From positions 1 to 33,760 of IMG/VR virus record IMGVR_UViG_3300011443_000039: 33,760 nucleotides of DNA; one strand, given 5' to 3'. Position 1 is the first letter of the stretch; every line of letters starts with the position of its first letter. The stretch is from a virus. Lineage: Duplodnaviria; Caudoviricetes. This document shows, one piece after another, positions 1 to 8,159 of the stretch. Below the pieces are notes generated by a model that was not told the DNA's origin, did no database searches, and saw only the letters and a program-made list of their open reading frames with translations. The position numbers were made by a program, and so were the translations under genes.

Positions 1-654
1 GACGCCGTGCTCCTGACTCACCCGCACATTGATCACTGCGCCGGCCTTCCCACGCTCATCCGCCGCTGGCGCCGGGGCGGCCGCCTCGTGCCGGTCTACT
101 GCTCTTACTCGACCTGGATGGATATGGGCAACGTGATCCCGGTCCACCACTGGTTCCGCGAGATCAACCAGTCGAGCCGCTGGGAAGTGGGCAAGATCCA
201 GTGCGAGAGTTTCGCCGTCGAGCACGATACCGGCGAACCGCTCGGCTTTGCCGTGCAAGTGGGCAAGGTGCGGGCTGCGTTCGCTCTGGACTTGGGTGTG
301 CTGGGCGGCGACCTCGCCGATTACATCGCCGACTCGGACTTGGTTTTGCTGGAGGCCAACCATGACCCGGATATGCTCCGCGCGGGCCCGTATGCCTACA
401 AATTGAAGGAACGTATTTTGAAGACGCACCTATCGAACGAAGCCGCCTGTGCGTGGATCTCGGAGCACATGACGCACCGCACCCAGTACCTGCTGCTCGG
501 GCACCTGTCGCTGTCAACGAACGACCCGGAGCTCGTGCGCCTCATGGCCCGGCGCGAACTGGACCGCCTGAAGCTCGGGGCCATGCTCGAAGTGATCGAG
601 CCCGGCGCGGCCTCGGGCCCGTGGGTGCTTACTTCCCCGTGCCCGTCACGGTGA
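1..654 (+). CDS. MBL-fold metallo-hydrolase, YycJ/WalJ-like (5' truncated)
   Basis: Frame open from base 1 (DAVLLTHPHIDH = HxHxDH); also VEHD, LEANHDPDML, HLSN and LGHLS motifs. Confidence 0.85.
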   Translation, partial: DAVLLTHPHIDHCAGLPTLIRRWRRGGRLVPVYCSYSTWMDMGNVIPVHHWFREINQSSRWEVGKIQCESFAVEHDTGEPLGFAVQVGKVRAAFALDLGVLGGDLADYIADSDLVLLEANHDPDMLRAGPYAYKLKERILKTHLSNEAACAWISEHMTHRTQYLLLGHLSLSTNDPELVRLMARRELDRLKLGAMLEVIEPGAASGPWVLTSPCPSR

Positions 655-733
655 AGATGATGATGAAGCTCACGATCCAGTAGAGCGCCATCATCGTCCA
701 GATGAACAGCTTCTTCGCCGTCTCCGGCTTCAC
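629..733 (-). CDS. 34-aa single-pass membrane peptide (not in ORF track)
   Basis: MKPETAKKLFIWTMMALYWIVSFIIIFTVTGTGK*; its GTG overlaps the upstream TGA (GTGA at 730-733). Confidence 0.6.
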   Translation of the reverse strand: MKPETAKKLFIWTMMALYWIVSFIIIFTVTGTGK

Positions 734-987
734 CGGTCGCACTCGCAGTTTTGCAGGCTGCGCCCGCACACCGCGCAACCCCAATCGGACGTCCAGGGCA
801 AACTGGGAGGCGGGTCGCCCCGGACCATGTCATCCGCCTGTGAATCCGCCGCCTGTGGAAGAGGCCGGGGCTGGCAGCGTTCGCAGCCGCAGTCCCGCGG
901 ATGAGCCACTTCCTCCTCGGACGGGACCGCCGCGGCTTGGCGCTTTCTCTCGGCGGCACGCTGGCGCTGGGCCGGTGTCGATGGCAT
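730..987 (-). CDS. Cys-rich hypothetical protein
   Basis: SD AGGAG upstream, starts 3 nt after the methyltransferase stop; CxCxxC and CxxC...CxC. Confidence 0.6.
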   Translation of the reverse strand: MPSTPAQRQRAAERKRQAAAVPSEEEVAHPRDCGCERCQPRPLPQAADSQADDMVRGDPPPSLPWTSDWGCAVCGRSLQNCECDR

Positions 988-990
988 GGC

Positions 991-1980
991 TTAACTCCTC
1001 TCCTGATCGAAAACCAGAATTCGCTCTCCCAACCACTGCGCGATCTGCGGGACCACCGCGTTGCCCAACCGGCCCAGCCGCTTCGAGCGCTCGCTCATAG
1101 CTCGCTCCATGTCGGAGGGAAGCCCATCAGCCACTCGACGAATCTTGGGGAGAGCCGGTGCGAGATCTGGCCGCTCGGCGAGGATTCGCTCCCATCTGGG
1201 ATCGTTGGGGCCGGGAGCGAATGCTCCACAAAATTCTGGAGCTGTTCGCCCTTGGTGCGCCCTCCCCGCTCCTGGTAGGTGCGCTTGTTCGGCGTCCGGT
1301 AGTCCCGTGCCGCAGGGCTCGGGAAGTACCGCGCTTGCTGGTCGAGGCCCATCTCCTCCTTCCGCTCTCCCCCGCGCGAACGGAAGCTGTCGGTCCCCGG
1401 CGTCTGCCAGTTCGAGATCGTGTCCGTCAGCGACACGCCCGGATGCGCGATCCCCGTCGTCGTCGTCCCGCGCGCCGCCGATTCCGAATCCGTCGACACT
1501 GCGGTAGGCCACAATGAAGACTCGCTTGCGGAGGTGAGCGGCTCCGAAGTCAGAAGCTCGGAGACTGATCCAAGATCCCACATACCCGCGTTCGGCCAGA
1601 CCTCCAACCACTCGGGAAAGTGCTCCTGGAACAAGGATGCCTGACACGTTCTCAATAAGAACGTACCTGGGTCGAAGTACCCCAACAAGGCGGGCGAATT
1701 CAAACCAAAGGCTCGAGCGAGGGCCCTCGAGGCCCGCCTTGCGTCCCGCCTGTGAGAGGTCTTGGCAGGGGAATCCGCCGCACATGAGATCGACTGGTCT
1801 AAGCTCCCCGCCTGTGATCCTTCGAACATCGTCATACCGATTCACTCCCGGCCAGTGCCGCGCCAGCACGCGGCGGCAGTACTCGTCCTTTTCGATTTGC
1901 CACTGACAGATCATACCCGCCCGGTCGAGGCCAAGGTCGAGCCCCCCGATCCCGCTGAACACGCTGCCGTAGGTGATCAA
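991..1980 (-). CDS. DNA (cytosine-5)-methyltransferase, large polypeptide
   Basis: Motif I FSGIGG, IV GFPCQ, VI ENV, VIII RKRVFIV, X LGNAV; TTG start overlaps upstream TGA at 1977-1980. Confidence 0.9.
   Translation of the reverse strand: MITYGSVFSGIGGLDLGLDRAGMICQWQIEKDEYCRRVLARHWPGVNRYDDVRRITGGELRPVDLMCGGFPCQDLSQAGRKAGLEGPRSSLWFEFARLVGVLRPRYVLIENVSGILVPGALSRVVGGLAERGYVGSWISLRASDFGAAHLRKRVFIVAYRSVDGFGIGGARDDDDGDRASGRVADGHDLELADAGDRQLPFARGRAEGGDGPRPASAVLPEPCGTGLPDAEQAHLPGAGRAHQGRTAPEFCGAFAPGPNDPRWERILAERPDLAPALPKIRRVADGLPSDMERAMSERSKRLGRLGNAVVPQIAQWLGERILVFDQERS
1095..1835 (-). CDS. Overlapping-frame partner polypeptide of the methyltransferase (TRD-like repeats and motif IX)
   Basis: 246-codon ORF nested in a second frame; LWPT/WQTP/FPSP repeats and C-terminal LSPRFVEWLMGFPPTW; true start uncertain. 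Confidence 0.7.
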   Translation of the reverse strand: MTMFEGSQAGSLDQSISCAADSPAKTSHRRDARRASRALARAFGLNSPALLGYFDPGTFLLRTCQASLFQEHFPEWLEVWPNAGMWDLGSVSELLTSEPLTSASESSLWPTAVSTDSESAARGTTTTGIAHPGVSLTDTISNWQTPGTDSFRSRGGERKEEMGLDQQARYFPSPAARDYRTPNKRTYQERGGRTKGEQLQNFVEHSLPAPTIPDGSESSPSGQISHRLSPRFVEWLMGFPPTWSEL

Positions 1981-2174
1981 GTTCGCCGCCTGTCCGGCCG
2001 GTTCGGGCAATTCGCCCAGTGCGGCCGGAGCGTGCCGCCGTACACCAGTTCGCCGCAGCCCCACCAGCACGGCACGCTCAATCCCAGTTTGCCCGGCCCG
2101 GCGTTGGTAGGATCGCCGGGCTTGCGGCCCCGCTTCTTGGCCGGCGGAAGGGGGGCCGTAGCCCCCCGCTTCAT
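1977..2174 (-). CDS. Small basic Cys/His hypothetical protein
   Basis: ATGA overlap at 2171-2174 with SD GGAGGTG; KKRGRKP; CWWGC...HWANC. Confidence 0.6.
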   Translation of the reverse strand: MKRGATAPLPPAKKRGRKPGDPTNAGPGKLGLSVPCWWGCGELVYGGTLRPHWANCPNRPDRRRT

Positions 2175-2479
2175 ACCGCCACCTCCGCTTCCTTCTCGCA
2201 AATGGGGCAGGATTCCCGCCCGTGTTCATCGCCGCACTCGCCGCGATCATGGATCACCTGCGGGCACGGGTCTTTCGAGCAGTCGAGGCTCACGCGCCCG
2301 CAAGCCTCGCACAGATCCTCGGCATCGTAATCGTCGCCGCCCACTTCGTAGTACTGCTCAGGATCGGAGCCCACCACCACCAGCGACAGACCGCCCTCGT
2401 CGATGGCAATCATCCCGTCGCCGCCGTCTTCATGCCAGACGTTCGCCAACCAGTCCTTCAACTCTCGAATCGTCACCAT
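2171..2479 (-). CDS. Acidic Cys-rich hypothetical protein
   Basis: GAGGTGAAGTGATG junction; CxxC pairs. Confidence 0.7.
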   Translation of the reverse strand: MVTIRELKDWLANVWHEDGGDGMIAIDEGGLSLVVVGSDPEQYYEVGGDDYDAEDLCEACGRVSLDCSKDPCPQVIHDRGECGDEHGRESCPICEKEAEVAV

Positions 2480-3141
2480 CACTTCACCTCTTCCTTGTTC
2501 AACACAAAAGCGCGAATCCCCCGCAGCCGCTCCGCATCCCACCACATCTCCTCCGGCGTCACTTTCCTCGCGATGCCCGCCGCCACCAGATCGCGCATCG
2601 CCTCGGACACCTCGTCATGATCGAAGTCGTTCACCGTGCCGCTGAAGCCGCAGTTGCAGCAGGTAGCCGCTGCGTCGTCATCCCAATTGTGGGAACCATC
2701 CATCGACTCATCCGCGTCCGTCTGGACGTTATCCAGACTGTTCTCGGTGATCCGCACCCAGATGGTTGCCGACACGTCGATGTACTCGGTCTTCTTGCAC
2801 TGCGGGCACCAGAAGCGAAAGCCGACCGGGTCCGGTAGACCCGCCTGTGCGGCGACCGGAGCAGCCGCCTGTTCTTGTGGCTCCGGCGACGGCGCCCCCG
2901 CGGCGGCCTGGCGTTCGCCTGGCGCGTTGTCCTCGAAGTTGACCGGCTCGATCTCCCACCACAGCTCCGTCTCGTCCCGCTCGGCCCGCTGGCCCGCCGC
3001 CATCTCGGCGAGGTTCGCCGCCCGGTGAACCTTCACGGCCTCTTCGGCAGCTTCAAAGCTGGCGTAGGCCCCCAGGACGCACACCGGATACTGGCTCTCC
3101 GGTTCATGCTCCTCAACGATCCAAATGTTTCGGTCTATCAT
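2479..3141 (-). CDS. Hypothetical protein with zinc ribbon
   Basis: SD GAGGTGAAAGG; CPQC...CCNC; ends EVK*. Confidence 0.75.
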   Translation of the reverse strand: MIDRNIWIVEEHEPESQYPVCVLGAYASFEAAEEAVKVHRAANLAEMAAGQRAERDETELWWEIEPVNFEDNAPGERQAAAGAPSPEPQEQAAAPVAAQAGLPDPVGFRFWCPQCKKTEYIDVSATIWVRITENSLDNVQTDADESMDGSHNWDDDAAATCCNCGFSGTVNDFDHDEVSEAMRDLVAAGIARKVTPEEMWWDAERLRGIRAFVLNKEEVK

Positions 3142-3159
3142 GTCTGCCTTTCACCTCTG

Positions 3160-3216
3160 GGAAAATATCCCACCGGAGCGGGCCACCTGTGCGGCCCGCC
3201 CTATGGAGTGCTTTCC
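3160..3216 (-). repeat. Intergenic long irregular hairpin, copy A
   Basis: - strand TAGGGCGGGCCGC-ACAG-GTGGCCCGCTCCGGTGGGAT; related to 7641-7697 and 10487-10538. Confidence 0.65.
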
Positions 3217-3494
3217 TAGTGCCGCTTGTAGAGCTTCGGGTTCCGGCGCTCCTCGCGCCGCAGCGCCGCCGCCCCCGCGTTGCACAACTGGCATTCGAGC
3301 CGCTTACGCAGGCGGCTCCGTCGCATCTTCACGATGAGGTAGCCGAAGCCACGGTCATGGTGCGGCAGGCCCTCCACCGCACCGCAGCACGCGCAACGCC
3401 GCAGTTCCTTCGCCGGTTCAAAGATGCGCTCAATCGTGTCGCGGGCCGGGTCGCCGTCCTCCAGCCCCATGATGAAAACGCCGCTGTCGCTCAC
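3216..3494 (-). CDS. Zinc-finger hypothetical protein
   Basis: GTGA overlap, SD GGAGGTGA; CACC...CQLC. Confidence 0.65.
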   Translation of the reverse strand: MSDSGVFIMGLEDGDPARDTIERIFEPAKELRRCACCGAVEGLPHHDRGFGYLIVKMRRSRLRKRLECQLCNAGAAALRREERRNPKLYKRH

Positions 3495-3904
3495 TTCTTC
3501 ACCTCCAGTTGGAGGTACTCGATCAGGCTGTCAAGGTCCGACACCGTGTCGAGAATATCGTCCTCGATCTCGACGCTGTCGCCGCAGAGCGCGGCCAGTC
3601 CTACCTCCAGCGCCCGCACCGCATCCCAGTAGTCATGCTGCGCCTCCTGGGCCGTCTCCAGGAGCTTGACGGCCTTCTCCCGGCGCGCTTCCAGGCTCGG
3701 CGGCTCCGGTGTCATCGCGCCAATCGCCGTGAAGGTTTCGCCATACATCCTCATGAACTTTTCGAGGCTGTTGAAGCAGTCATCCTCGGCGTCCGAATCG
3801 CCGATCTGCACCAGCGGCCCGGCGTCAGAGTCCAACTCCCGCAGGTACACCGGCCAGTTGTAGCCTTCCGTATGGACCTTGCCGATCACGATCTTGATAT
3901 CCAT
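3491..3904 (-). CDS. Acidic hypothetical protein
   Basis: Junction motif at start; ends EVKK*. Confidence 0.75.
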   Translation of the reverse strand: MDIKIVIGKVHTEGYNWPVYLRELDSDAGPLVQIGDSDAEDDCFNSLEKFMRMYGETFTAIGAMTPEPPSLEARREKAVKLLETAQEAQHDYWDAVRALEVGLAALCGDSVEIEDDILDTVSDLDSLIEYLQLEVKK

Positions 3905-4119
3905 CACTTCACCTCTTCTTCCTTGTCATCGAACTTCGCTGCCGCATATTCAAACCGCGCCCCGTAAGGCGTGGGCTTCGACTGGGCCCGCAGGCGCGCG
4001 GCTTCCGCCGCCGCCTGTTCGAGCGTGTCGTACAACTCAGGGCCGTTCTCCAGGCTCTTGAGCCAACCGGCGCGCGTGCCGGTGATGCCACCCGATACGC
4101 GCGCCCAAATCCCGTACAT
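3904..4119 (-). CDS. Hypothetical protein
   Basis: Junction motif at both ends. Confidence 0.75.
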   Translation of the reverse strand: MYGIWARVSGGITGTRAGWLKSLENGPELYDTLEQAAAEAARLRAQSKPTPYGARFEYAAAKFDDKEEEVK

Positions 4120-4421
4120 CACTTCACCTCCTGCTTTTCGAATCGGATCTTGAAGACGGCGCTCGCCATCTCGCCGTCGCCGTAGTTCTCGCCGTCGCCG
4201 ATACTTATCGAGCCCAGGACTTCGAGGTCGCCGTAGGCGAGTTCGACGGTGTCCATGTCATAGCGGAGGTTGTATTCCGCCGCCTGCTGCATGGCAAGGT
4301 ACGTCGCCGGGCTCCAACCGCCGCACACGCTCTCGTCTTCGTAGATCTCCACCGCCAGATGCGTGTCGTCCGGGTCGCCCTCGTAAGGACGCCAGGAAAG
4401 AATCGCCATCACCGCCGCCAT
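4119..4421 (-). CDS. Acidic hypothetical protein, paralog of 4687-4962
   Basis: Junction motif at both ends; WRPY...LRYD...GD...DG...FE. Confidence 0.75.
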   Translation of the reverse strand: MAAVMAILSWRPYEGDPDDTHLAVEIYEDESVCGGWSPATYLAMQQAAEYNLRYDMDTVELAYGDLEVLGSISIGDGENYGDGEMASAVFKIRFEKQEVK

Positions 4422-4690
4422 CACTTCACCTCTGCTTTCTTCTCCGCGATCCGCGCGAAGTGCCCCCTCGGCACAAAGCGCACCTTGCCGCCCAGTTCGC
4501 ACAAGTACTCATCGAACGACTTGTCGAGTTCGTACTTGCCGCCGTTCTCATCATCGACCGCCAGATTGAAGGCTTCCTCGTCCTCGCACAGTTCCCAAAG
4601 GAGCCGCATCGCCAAAGTGAACTTCTCTTCCATCTCTTCGCGGGTCATCTTCGGACGCCCGGTGGTTCGCCACTTGCGAAGCGCCTTCAT
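4421..4690 (-). CDS. Hypothetical protein
   Basis: ATGA overlap; ends EVK*. Confidence 0.7.
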   Translation of the reverse strand: MKALRKWRTTGRPKMTREEMEEKFTLAMRLLWELCEDEEAFNLAVDDENGGKYELDKSFDEYLCELGGKVRFVPRGHFARIAEKKAEVK

Positions 4691-4962
4691 GCGATTTCCT
4701 CGAAGTTGAGCCGCCAGATCTTCCCGTCCGGCGTATGGAAGTCATGGCCGTCGCGGAGAATGATCGTATCGATCACGATCATGTCGCCGCGCTCGGAACC
4801 CATGTCTTCGGCATCCGGGTCGTAGCGCAACTCCTGCTCTTCGGCGATGCGTTGCTCCACCGCATCCCCGTCATCGCCCTCCTGGACGTCATGGACGTCG
4901 AGCGTCATCACGTCATCGTCAGCGCCGTAGGCGCGCCATTGGACGATTGTCATCGTCACCAT
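4687..4962 (-). CDS. Acidic hypothetical protein, paralog of 4119-4421
   Basis: TAATG overlap at 4960-4964; WRAY...LRYD...GD...DG...FE. Confidence 0.75.
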   Translation of the reverse strand: MVTMTIVQWRAYGADDDVMTLDVHDVQEGDDGDAVEQRIAEEQELRYDPDAEDMGSERGDMIVIDTIILRDGHDFHTPDGKIWRLNFEEIA

Positions 4963-5324
4963 TACGCCTTGTCCCCTTCCCAAGCATTCAGAACGCGCGG
5001 GGGCCAGACGCCCGCGTAGTGGGCCTTCGCCGCCGTCACCAGCGCCTTGACAACGCCGTCCGTAAACACTTCGCCGTGCTGGTAGTCGATGGCTTTCTGC
5101 GTGACCCGCTGCGCCGGTTTCGATGAAACCAGGACCGCGTAGTCCTTAACGAACGTGTGCGACCGGAAGAGCTTGTCCGGGCTCAACCAGCCCACGGTGG
5201 CGGATGAGCGGATGCCGCCGTGCATCCCCTTGTCGGTCGTCAGAGTGAGGATGGCCTTTTCCTCGCCCCGGCCTTCATTGCGCGTGATCTCCAGATCGAT
5301 CTCGCGCCTTGCTTCTTTTGCCAT
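4962..5324 (-). CDS. Hypothetical protein
   Basis: SD GAGGTGA before ATG at 5324. Confidence 0.75.
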   Translation of the reverse strand: MAKEARREIDLEITRNEGRGEEKAILTLTTDKGMHGGIRSSATVGWLSPDKLFRSHTFVKDYAVLVSSKPAQRVTQKAIDYQHGEVFTDGVVKALVTAAKAHYAGVWPPRVLNAWEGDKA

Positions 5325-5346
5325 TATCTTCACCTCAACCTTTCTT

Positions 5347-5673
5347 TCAGACTTCGTATCCGGGTTTGAACTTCAACATGCGGTGCGCCTGGATGAGCGC
5401 GGCGATCTTGTCCCGGTCGAAGATCACCCGGCCCACCCGCTGCTCAATGAAGTTGTGCGTGCGGCCATCGCCCTTGATCAGCCGCAGGAGCGCGTCCGGT
5501 TCGCTCAGGATCTTGTGAACGACGTAGCGCTTGCCGAATTCGCTCTTGTCCAGATGAACCGTAAGGCTCACCGCAGGCCCGCTCGACCATTCCGCCACCA
5601 GCCCCGTGCCTTTCACCGCGCCCACTTCCTGCGCGATGAACTGCGCCATCAGCTTCGCTTCCTTGGTGGTCAT
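5347..5673 (-). CDS. Hypothetical protein
   Basis: ATGA overlap at 5670-5673 (MTTKEAKL...). Confidence 0.7.
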   Translation of the reverse strand: MTTKEAKLMAQFIAQEVGAVKGTGLVAEWSSGPAVSLTVHLDKSEFGKRYVVHKILSEPDALLRLIKGDGRTHNFIEQRVGRVIFDRDKIAALIQAHRMLKFKPGYEV

Positions 5674-6386
5674 AGCGACACCGCCCGGAGCCGCGCGGCC
5701 AGCTTGTCGTAGCACTCCTGGCCCGCGCGGTCCTCGCAGGCCGCGATGAGCAACTCGATATCGGCCTCGCCCAACGTGATCGTCTTCCTGACCGGCGACC
5801 GGCGCGGCACCGGGTGCTCATGCATCTGATAGCCGCTCCTGATCCAGTCGTCGAGCCGCTTCTGCACTTCCTCCCAGTACGCCGCGTGGGTTTCGTTATC
5901 CGCACCGCCGTCGCGCCACGCCCACTCTTCGAAGGCACCGCCGTACTCGTTGCCGTCGACAAAGCAATGCACGTCTGCGAAGCACGTTATGTCGTCCTGG
6001 GGCAGCGTGCCGTCCTGCAAGTCTTCCCAGATCTCGCTGGCCGCGCGGGCCACCGTGAAGTCAATCGAAGGCGCGGCCAGGAAGGCTTTCACCGCTTCCG
6101 GGTCATCCGATTTGAAGTAAGCGCCACTCAGCGGCACCGGGTCGCCGTCGATCTCGACGCTCAATATGTAGCGGTGCTCGCACGGCCACTCGCGGTGCTC
6201 TGCTTTCTCTTCGGCCACCCACAGATTCACACCCGGCGAGCGCGTCATCATCATGCGTGCCGCCGCATCGTTGTGCCATGCGTTGTCCTCAAACCCGGCG
6301 TCGAGCGCCCACTGCGGAATCTCCATCATCTCGAAGGACTGGTCCTCGCCATGCGGCCAGACCGGATAGTCATGGAACTTTGCCAT
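5670..6386 (-). CDS. Acidic hypothetical protein, first gene of the second leftward unit
   Basis: 238 aa, SD GAGGTGAAAGG. Confidence 0.8.
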   Translation of the reverse strand: MAKFHDYPVWPHGEDQSFEMMEIPQWALDAGFEDNAWHNDAAARMMMTRSPGVNLWVAEEKAEHREWPCEHRYILSVEIDGDPVPLSGAYFKSDDPEAVKAFLAAPSIDFTVARAASEIWEDLQDGTLPQDDITCFADVHCFVDGNEYGGAFEEWAWRDGGADNETHAAYWEEVQKRLDDWIRSGYQMHEHPVPRRSPVRKTITLGEADIELLIAACEDRAGQECYDKLAARLRAVSL

Positions 6387-6445
6387 TGCCTTTCACCTCA
6401 CGTCTTTCTTCTCACCGGCCCCTTGCCACGGGAGCCTTACCAATG

Positions 6446-6474
6446 AGTGTGTCACTGACATTGGGCCAGTGCAA
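6446..6474 (-). promoter_or_regulatory. Putative sigma70-type promoter
   Basis: TTGCAC-17nt-CACACT with TGn extension and upstream A tract; the -10 is a weak match. Confidence 0.4.
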
Positions 6475-6501
6475 CCTTTTTTTGCGCGAGCCCGGCCCGG
6501 T

Positions 6502-6589
6502 CACCCGCCTGTCAGCCGCCTGTCACCCGCCTGTAGTTCGAAGCCCCATCTCGAGCCCCGCGGCGTCGACCTGGCGCTCGACCTGGCGC
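6502..6589. repeat. Short tandem repeats
   Basis: 3x 11-bp CA(C/G)CCGCCTGT at 6502-6534; 2x 12-bp TCGACCTGGCGC at 6566-6589. Confidence 0.7.
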
Positions 6590-6769
6590 TTCGCGCCGGC
6601 CCCCGCAAAATCGGCCGGCGGAAGGGCGCGCGGCTCGGCCCGGCCCCGCCGCGCCCGCCGTATAGCGCGCCAGCTTGGAGCTACGGCCTCGCCAGAGCTC
6701 TCCGGGCACCGGAGCCCGGCCACCGGGCCCCCGCCGATCCCCCGGCACCGGCCAGCGCCTTCCAGGCAC

Positions 6770-6796
6770 AAAAAAAGGGGAGCCCGAAGGCTCCCC
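6770..6796 (-). terminator. Rho-independent terminator
   Basis: GGGGAGCC-TTCG-GGCTCCCC followed by T7 on the - strand, just after the stop at 6815. Confidence 0.9.
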
Positions 6797-6814
6797 GATC
6801 CCCGGCCCGCGATC

Positions 6815-7048
6815 CTACCGCCGCCGGTCACCAACGAACATGGGCTCAGGCGGTATCCACCCAAGCTCGGTCAACCGCACCTCCAGGACCGCGCACTCGG
6901 CATCCGTCGCGCACAACTCCTGGGCCCATGCCGCGCGCTCTCCCCGGTCCGTACACGGCCCGCTGGCCGTCGACGCCACCCACAGGGCCCCGGCCACCGC
7001 CGCGACCGCCGCAGCGAGCACCAGCGCCTCGCGCCACCGCCGCCGCAT
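6815..7048 (-). CDS. Small membrane-anchored protein
   Basis: Basic N-terminus then ALVLAAAVAAVAGALWVA; 1 nt after upstream stop. Confidence 0.6.
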   Translation of the reverse strand: MRRRWREALVLAAAVAAVAGALWVASTASGPCTDRGERAAWAQELCATDAECAVLEVRLTELGWIPPEPMFVGDRRR

Positions 7049-7049
7049 C

Positions 7050-7415
7050 TTAGTACTCCTCCGCGAGCATGATCGTCAGCACGCGCACCGTCGAGGCCGT
7101 CGACGCCGGGTTCTCACTGAGGTACGGAAGGAGCGCGTGCAGGTCAGGCCCGGTGCGGGCCCCCCGCGCGTAGTAGTCGATCTTCCAAAACACCTTGCCC
7201 GCACCGGCCTGATCGAAGGCCCCGAAGTCATGCTCACCGTGCGGATCGTTGCCTTCCTTGAAGTCATCGAACAACTCGACCCGCTCCCGGATGCGCGACT
7301 GCACCATATCGGGCAACGCCCGGATGCCCGGCGTCACCACCAGCTTGCAGCCGACACCCAAGGCCCGGCGCGCCTCATCGTTGAGCTTGGCGATTGCCGC
7401 CGCGTTCGCCGCCAT
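7050..7415 (-). CDS. DUF3768-family protein
   Basis: NDPHGEHDFG, FWKIDYY and RVLTIMLAEEY signatures; TGATG overlap. Confidence 0.85.
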   Translation of the reverse strand: MAANAAAIAKLNDEARRALGVGCKLVVTPGIRALPDMVQSRIRERVELFDDFKEGNDPHGEHDFGAFDQAGAGKVFWKIDYYARGARTGPDLHALLPYLSENPASTASTVRVLTIMLAEEY

Positions 7416-7618
7416 CACGCCACCTCCATGATCAGCAGTTCTTCGGCCCCATACACCTTGCGGGCTCCGCAGACCTCGCACTTGCCGCACCGCATGTCCG
7501 GCTCGACTCCGTAAGCCTCTTCGCCGCACGCGCGGCAGAAGCCTACGTATTCATCCGACCGCATGGCATCCATCAAACGGTCCTGACCGATCAAAACAGG
7601 CGTAAATTTCGCCTTCAT
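7415..7618 (-). CDS. Zinc-ribbon protein
   Basis: GFCRACG...VEPD...CEVCG...VYGAEEL; SD GAGGTGAAAGG. Confidence 0.8.
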   Translation of the reverse strand: MKAKFTPVLIGQDRLMDAMRSDEYVGFCRACGEEAYGVEPDMRCGKCEVCGARKVYGAEELLIMEVA

Positions 7619-7640
7619 CCTTTCACCTCGACTTTGGGAA

Positions 7641-7697
7641 GAATCCCACCGGAGCCCGCGCGCTGGCCGGTCGACCGCGCGCTGGCCCTAGTGATTC
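7641..7697 (-). repeat. Intergenic long irregular hairpin, copy B
   Basis: - strand GAATCACTAGGGCC...ACCGGCCAG...GGGCTCCGGTGGGATTC. Confidence 0.65.
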
Positions 7698-8159
7698 TCA
7701 GCCAATCTCCGTATGCAGCGAGCCGTTGAATTCGTGCCATAGCTCGCACAGTTGCATGTGGGCCTCGACCGCTTCGATGAAACGCGCGGGCGTCTCGCAC
7801 TTGCCGTGATGGCGTTGCCACTCGGAGAACGCATCGCGCCAGTCGTCGATCACCTCCGCATGCGTCTCGCCATCGCACCCGTGTTCCGCCGCATCGTTGC
7901 AGCGCGCGGCCCGCTCCGGTTCATTGATCCAGTCAGAGTTGCGCTCGGCCTGCAACGCCTGGACTTCCTCTGACCGGATGAGCCACTCGTAGAAGCGCTC
8001 GATCCGGGCCCGCGAAGACGGCGACAGGCGCGCCAGCGTGGCTTCGGAGTCGACCACCGCCGCCGCGTTGCACCGGGCCCGCCAGAGGCAGTCCACGGCC
8101 CGCTCGCCACGCGCCCGGTAAGCGCGATACCAGTTGAGAGTGGTACGTGGCACGCTCAC
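7698..8159 (-). CDS. Hypothetical protein
   Basis: GTGA overlap, SD GGCGGTG. Confidence 0.7.
   Translation of the reverse strand: MSVPRTTLNWYRAYRARGERAVDCLWRARCNAAAVVDSEATLARLSPSSRARIERFYEWLIRSEEVQALQAERNSDWINEPERAARCNDAAEHGCDGETHAEVIDDWRDAFSEWQRHHGKCETPARFIEAVEAHMQLCELWHEFNGSLHTEIG

Noticed and set aside
1981-2250. N-terminal extension of the methyltransferase in the ORF track
   Set aside because: Overlaps two coupled genes; motif I starts right after the TTG at 1980
2477-4432. CRISPR array from the 14-nt repeats
   Set aside because: Repeats too short, spacing 200-1400 nt, and intervals are intact genes
7615-7878. ORF ending EVKG
   Set aside because: Mostly overlaps 7698-8159; its end is hairpin B plus the next SD
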